A DNA stretch of 53,805 bases from Rhodospirillales bacterium (GTDB taxonomy: Bacteria; Pseudomonadota; Alphaproteobacteria; Rhodospirillales; UBA2165): NCBI GenBank assembly GCA_028823885.1, contig JAPPFK010000081.1:9078-62882 (forward strand). Reading direction: 5' to 3'. Shown in pieces: positions 50,056-53,805 of the stretch. The stretch's first letter is position 1. The number at the start of each line of letters is the position of its first letter. The notes under the pieces are model-generated. The model had not been told where the DNA came from and ran no database searches. It worked only from the letters and a program-made list of their open reading frames with translations. The position numbers and the translations under genes are program-made.

Positions 50056-51147
50056 ATGGGACCGCTGTCGGGATATCGAATCGTCGAGCTGGGAGGACTG
50101 GGCCCTGCGCCCATGTGCGGCCTGCTGCTCGCGGATCTGGGCGCCGAGATCATCCTCGTCGAGCGTCCGGGCGATGCCGAGATCGGGGTCGATGCCGTGA
50201 AATCCATTGAACGCCGGGGCAAGCGCTCAATCGAGCTGGACCTGAAGGACCGCCGCTCGATCGAGATTGCCCTCAAACTGATCGAGACGGCGGACGGCCT
50301 GATCGAGGGTTTCCGCCCCGGCGTGGCGGAACGTCTCGGGCTGGGCCCGGATTCGTGCCGCGCGCATAACTCTAAACTGGTCTACGGGCGGGTGACCGGA
50401 TGGGGTCAGGATGGGCCCCTGGCTCAAACCGCGGGACACGACATCAACTATATTTCCATTGCGGGCGCCTTGCATGCCATCGGACCCGCCGGCGGCCCGC
50501 CCGTGCCGCCATTGAATCTGGTCGGCGACTATGGCGGCGGCGCCATGTATCTGGCCTGCGGCATGTTGGCCGGCCTTTTGGAGGCTCAGGTGTCCGGACG
50601 GGGCCAGGTCGTCGATGCGGCGATGCTGGATGGCGCACTTTTTCAAATGTCGTTGTTTTTCTCTCTTCACGCGGCCGGCCGGTGGCGGGGAGAGAGGGGC
50701 GGCAATGATGTGGATGGCGGCGCCCCGTACTACCGGACTTACGAAACCCGGGACGGAAGGTTCGTCGCCGTCGGGGCCCTGGAGCAGAAATTCTACGAGG
50801 AACTGGTGAATGGACTCGGCCTCGACGCGGCCGGCCTTCCGGACCGCATGGACCCGAACAACTGGCCGAATCTGACCGCTCGCTTCGAAGCCGCCTTTAA
50901 GGCCAAATCACAACGCGAGTGGGGGGCGATTTTCGACGGGACCGACGCGTGTATCACACCGGTTCTGCCGTTGACGGAAGTTGCCGATCATCCGCATGTC
51001 ATAGCCCGGGAGTGTATCGTGGAAATCGCCGGTCTTGCCCAGCCGCGCCCCGGTCCGCGCTTTAGCCGCAGCACGCTCGCCGATCCTTCGAGCCCCGAGG
51101 AGAAGGGAGCCAGCACCGCGGCAATTCTTGAGGAATTGGGCTTTTAG
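50056..51147 (+). CDS. CaiB/BaiF family protein, alpha-methylacyl-CoA racemase type
   Basis: EGFRPGVAERLGLGP, GHDINY, NLVGDYGGG, GALEQKFY. Confidence 0.92.
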   Translation: MGPLSGYRIVELGGLGPAPMCGLLLADLGAEIILVERPGDAEIGVDAVKSIERRGKRSIELDLKDRRSIEIALKLIETADGLIEGFRPGVAERLGLGPDSCRAHNSKLVYGRVTGWGQDGPLAQTAGHDINYISIAGALHAIGPAGGPPVPPLNLVGDYGGGAMYLACGMLAGLLEAQVSGRGQVVDAAMLDGALFQMSLFFSLHAAGRWRGERGGNDVDGGAPYYRTYETRDGRFVAVGALEQKFYEELVNGLGLDAAGLPDRMDPNNWPNLTARFEAAFKAKSQREWGAIFDGTDACITPVLPLTEVADHPHVIARECIVEIAGLAQPRPGPRFSRSTLADPSSPEEKGASTAAILEELGF

Positions 51148-51167
51148 GCCATCTCGGACCGCAACGG

Positions 51168-51201
51168 AAAAGGCCCGGACGCTGGCTCTGCGTCCGGGCC
51201 T
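51168..51201 (-). terminator. Rho-independent terminator between convergent racemase and TAXI genes
   Basis: Perfect 12-bp stem AGGCCCGGACGC-tggctct-GCGTCCGGGCCT, preceded by an A-run (U-tract on the minus strand). Confidence 0.8.
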
Positions 51202-51239
51202 AACCTTTATGTCACTGCAATACGAAAGCCGGTACGGGA

Positions 51240-52286
51240 TTATCCTTTCGCACAATCGGCAACTTTGTGTCCGGCCTCTTCCCAAGCCTCGACGGCGCCC
51301 GCATGAAGTTTCACGCCGCCATTGCAGATGCCATGCTCTTTATTGTCGACCGTTCCGTAGCGTTGCGCCTTGGCGAACGGCACTTTCCTCTGCAGGTCCG
51401 GGATGCTCTTTATGAATGCCGCCGTCAGCGCCTTGGCGAGTTTCTTGTCCATATTTTTGTGGACGAAGTCGCCGCCGGTATTCGCGACGGTCCGAAACAT
51501 GTTGTCCTCGGAGATGATCCTGGCGTTTTCCCCATAGTGGGCCAATTCGCTGACCGGGAACATTGCCGGGGCATTACCGGGTGCATTCAAGTATTTTTGC
51601 CACGCCGCACCTTCATACTTGGCCTTGGGTACCGACACGATGTTGATCTTGCCGGCGGCCATGTAGATGGGCATGTACTCGGACGGATTGGTCCCCGGGC
51701 GGACAGCCGCATCCACCGACCGATCCAGGAAGATCGCGGTAGCTTGTCCCCACGCGACCTGCTTACCGGTGTAGTCTTTGCCGTCTTCAAGTCCGGCGGA
51801 AAGACGAATCACCTGACGGGCGGCAATCAACGCACCGCCGCGCGGCGGCCCGTTGTGGACGTTTTTCCCTTTCAGTTTGTCAAAGCTGTCGATTCCGGTG
51901 CTTTGGAAAGCGATCAGGTAAATGGACGCCAAATGGTAGGGATAGAGCAGACGAAGGTTTTCCGAGAGCTGTTTGCCCTTTTCCTTTCCAAGTCCCGAGT
52001 AGGGGCCGAGGCCTTTGGACATCAGAAACTGCAATATCATGGCGCCCGCGGTGATGTCGGTCCTGCCTTCGGCCACGTCCCGCATGGTCTTGGTCAGGGT
52101 CTTTCCGGTCTGTACCTGAATGGTCGCGATTTTATTTACCGCTGCGACTTCGGCGAGATTCTTTGCCGCGATATCCGTGGAGCCGCCAGGCGTTGCCGCG
52201 GTCATGGTAAGCTTGAGGCTCTGAGCCTGGGCACTGCCGGCGACAAGCAAGGCCGCCGCTCCCGCAATTAGTATAGATTTCACCAA
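51240..52286 (-). CDS. TAXI-family TRAP solute-binding protein
   Basis: Signal peptide ending AQA-Q; ATPGGS, GIDSFDKLKGK, LHAGAVEAWEEAG C-terminus. Confidence 0.8.
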   Translation of the reverse strand: MVKSILIAGAAALLVAGSAQAQSLKLTMTAATPGGSTDIAAKNLAEVAAVNKIATIQVQTGKTLTKTMRDVAEGRTDITAGAMILQFLMSKGLGPYSGLGKEKGKQLSENLRLLYPYHLASIYLIAFQSTGIDSFDKLKGKNVHNGPPRGGALIAARQVIRLSAGLEDGKDYTGKQVAWGQATAIFLDRSVDAAVRPGTNPSEYMPIYMAAGKINIVSVPKAKYEGAAWQKYLNAPGNAPAMFPVSELAHYGENARIISEDNMFRTVANTGGDFVHKNMDKKLAKALTAAFIKSIPDLQRKVPFAKAQRYGTVDNKEHGICNGGVKLHAGAVEAWEEAGHKVADCAKG

Positions 52287-52467
52287 ATTTCTCCCTGTCT
52301 TACTGGTTGTCTAGTTTCACAAGTTCGATGCCGGACCATGTTAGCACCGGCATTTGGGGGAGTCTCCGGTTTTGGGCCGATAAACCTATCACTCCACCCA
52401 AAGGGGCGGTTGGGTCATCTAAACCGGGATTAATATTGGTCAGAAGCGGACCCTTGGGCGCGGAAGA

Positions 52468-53556
52468 TCAAAATGGCTCAAAATCCCGAAGTTCCGGGAT
52501 CACCTCCTCCGCGAACAGGCGGATGGAACGCATCAGATCATCCTCGGGCAGGTCGGCGAAATTGAACTCGCCCATGAACGTATTGAAGAGGCCGATTTCC
52601 GATGCGGCCCTGAGCTTTCCGGCAACCGTCTCCGGCGAGCCCACGAACATGATGTCGTGCTCGAATATGTAATCCGCGTTGAAGAGATTCAACCGGGTCT
52701 GGATCGACTTCAAATCGCCCCGTTCGATGTAGGGTGCGGTGTACCGCTCGAGGAGATCTTCGAAACTCTCTCCCTCTTTCCTGGGCGGAAGAAATCCCTC
52801 GTAGGCCCGCGCCGCCCGGTGGCGCGCGATCTCCATGGCCTTGTCGTCCGTCTCATCGACATAGACGACCGTGGAGTGGGCTATCTTTGGCTTGTGGGAC
52901 CAGCCGGCCTTGCGCCAATCGTCGATATATTTGCGATAAACCGGTCCCGCTTCCTCATGGGGAAAGACCAGGAAGTAGCCGGTATTGATTCCTTCCCGTG
53001 CGCAAAATTCCAGTGTTTCCGGATCGCGGCTTTGCATCCAAAGCGGGGGATGGGGGCGCTGCATGGGCAGGACGGACAAATTCGCGCTTTTGGTTTCGAA
53101 GTTTTCGCCTTCGTAGCTGAAAGGCTGGTCTTCGCCGAACGCGGCGCGCAGGTACTTCACGAACTCCAGGGTGGGCGACTTCCGGTTCTCGTGGCTGCCC
53201 CCGAATGGTTCGAAATAAGCCGGATTGATCCCCGGGACCAGGCCAAGCTCCATCCGCCCGCCCAGCATTTGGTCGACGATGGCGATTTCCTCGACCAGGC
53301 GGAGCGGATCGTAAAGGGCGGGAATGTACCCCATGGGACCAATGCGCAGGTTCCGGGTTTTAACCCCTGCGCCGACGGAAAACAGGCTGGGCGCCGACAT
53401 CCAGCTCTCATCGGGGCGGAAATGGTGTTCGACACAGAACGCATGGTCAAAGCCCACTTCGTCGCACAACTCCAGTTCCCGCCATAACTGCTCATAGCGC
53501 TGATGCGGACTCATGCCCGGCTTGGCCCAGACGTGGGAAAAATAGGAAAACTGCAC
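52468..53556 (-). CDS. LLM-class (luciferase-like) flavin-dependent oxidoreductase
   Basis: GFD..FCVEHHF, DPLRLVEEIAIVDQMLGGR.ELG, PMQRPHPPLW, VGSPETV, SIRLFAEEVIP; GTG 53556. Confidence 0.92.
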   Translation of the reverse strand: MQFSYFSHVWAKPGMSPHQRYEQLWRELELCDEVGFDHAFCVEHHFRPDESWMSAPSLFSVGAGVKTRNLRIGPMGYIPALYDPLRLVEEIAIVDQMLGGRMELGLVPGINPAYFEPFGGSHENRKSPTLEFVKYLRAAFGEDQPFSYEGENFETKSANLSVLPMQRPHPPLWMQSRDPETLEFCAREGINTGYFLVFPHEEAGPVYRKYIDDWRKAGWSHKPKIAHSTVVYVDETDDKAMEIARHRAARAYEGFLPPRKEGESFEDLLERYTAPYIERGDLKSIQTRLNLFNADYIFEHDIMFVGSPETVAGKLRAASEIGLFNTFMGEFNFADLPEDDLMRSIRLFAEEVIPELRDFEPF

Positions 53557-53805
53557 CCTGACCAGCCTCTTTATAACAACGCGAGAATCTTCACGATTTT
53601 GCCGTCTAGGGCTGATCGACGGCATTGTTGCAGCCGCCCGGTCTCGAATGCGGGCATCTCTACTCGACGGGTTTCGGCGGCAGGGGCCCGGCCCCCCCGG
53701 GGGCCCGCCCCCCCCGCAAAAAAAAACCGTTTTTTTGCGCGGGGGGGGTGAACCCGGGGGGGGTAATTTAACCCCCCCCCGTGTTTTTTAGGGGGGCGCC
53801 CATTT

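Larger units (their letters stand above)
36751..53680. other. Accessory region / possible decayed genomic island anchored at tRNA-Ala
   Basis: Abrupt switch from core to catabolic/TA genes right after the tRNA; two gene relics; AT-rich intergenic stretch. No integrase or att repeat seen. Confidence 0.55.

Noticed and set aside
53681-53805. Homopolymer-rich, self-complementary end of the window (looks like a terminator or G-quadruplex)
   Set aside because: Back-to-back C/G/A/T runs at the very end look like a degraded read or contig end, so not treated as biology without read support.

Overview
High-GC alphaproteobacterial chromosome segment (Rhodospirillales-like by gene order, GTP-type PEPCK and short-form AhcY; taxonomy is inference). 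Bases 1-36750 are a conserved core block: lipoprotein hydrolase (partial), zf-CHCC-polA, msrPQ, SRPBCC, pckG, HugZ-like, chvI-chvG-hprK-rapZ-EIIA(Man)-HPr-ahcY-divL-tsaE-amgK-murU-addB-addA-trxA, converging on aroA-cmk-rpsA-sppA-ihfB-lapA-pyrF-trpF-trpB-trpA-folC, then TIGR02300 and tRNA-Ala(GGC). Two oddities stand out in the core. accD is missing from its usual slot between trpA and folC. The DivL orthologue is short, lacks a membrane anchor and has Phe at the phospho-acceptor position. Downstream of the tRNA (36751-end) is an accessory region with decay scars: an orphan higA with half of higB, and a 5'-truncated Rieske-oxygenase relic carrying a 19-bp tandem duplication. The same region encodes an exported EF-hand/arylsulfotransferase fusion, a class II deacetylase and a TetR-associated divergon. 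The divergon pairs a non-canonical (CxTxR) sulfatase, CoA ligase, LCAD-type dehydrogenase, multifunctional beta-oxidation enzyme and alpha-methylacyl-CoA racemase with a Cys-less thiolase-fold/DUF35 pair. It is the best candidate for an undescribed pathway (inferred: breakdown of a sulfated, branched acyl compound). No CRISPR, rRNA, integrase or transposase was seen. The last ~120 bp look like low-quality sequence.
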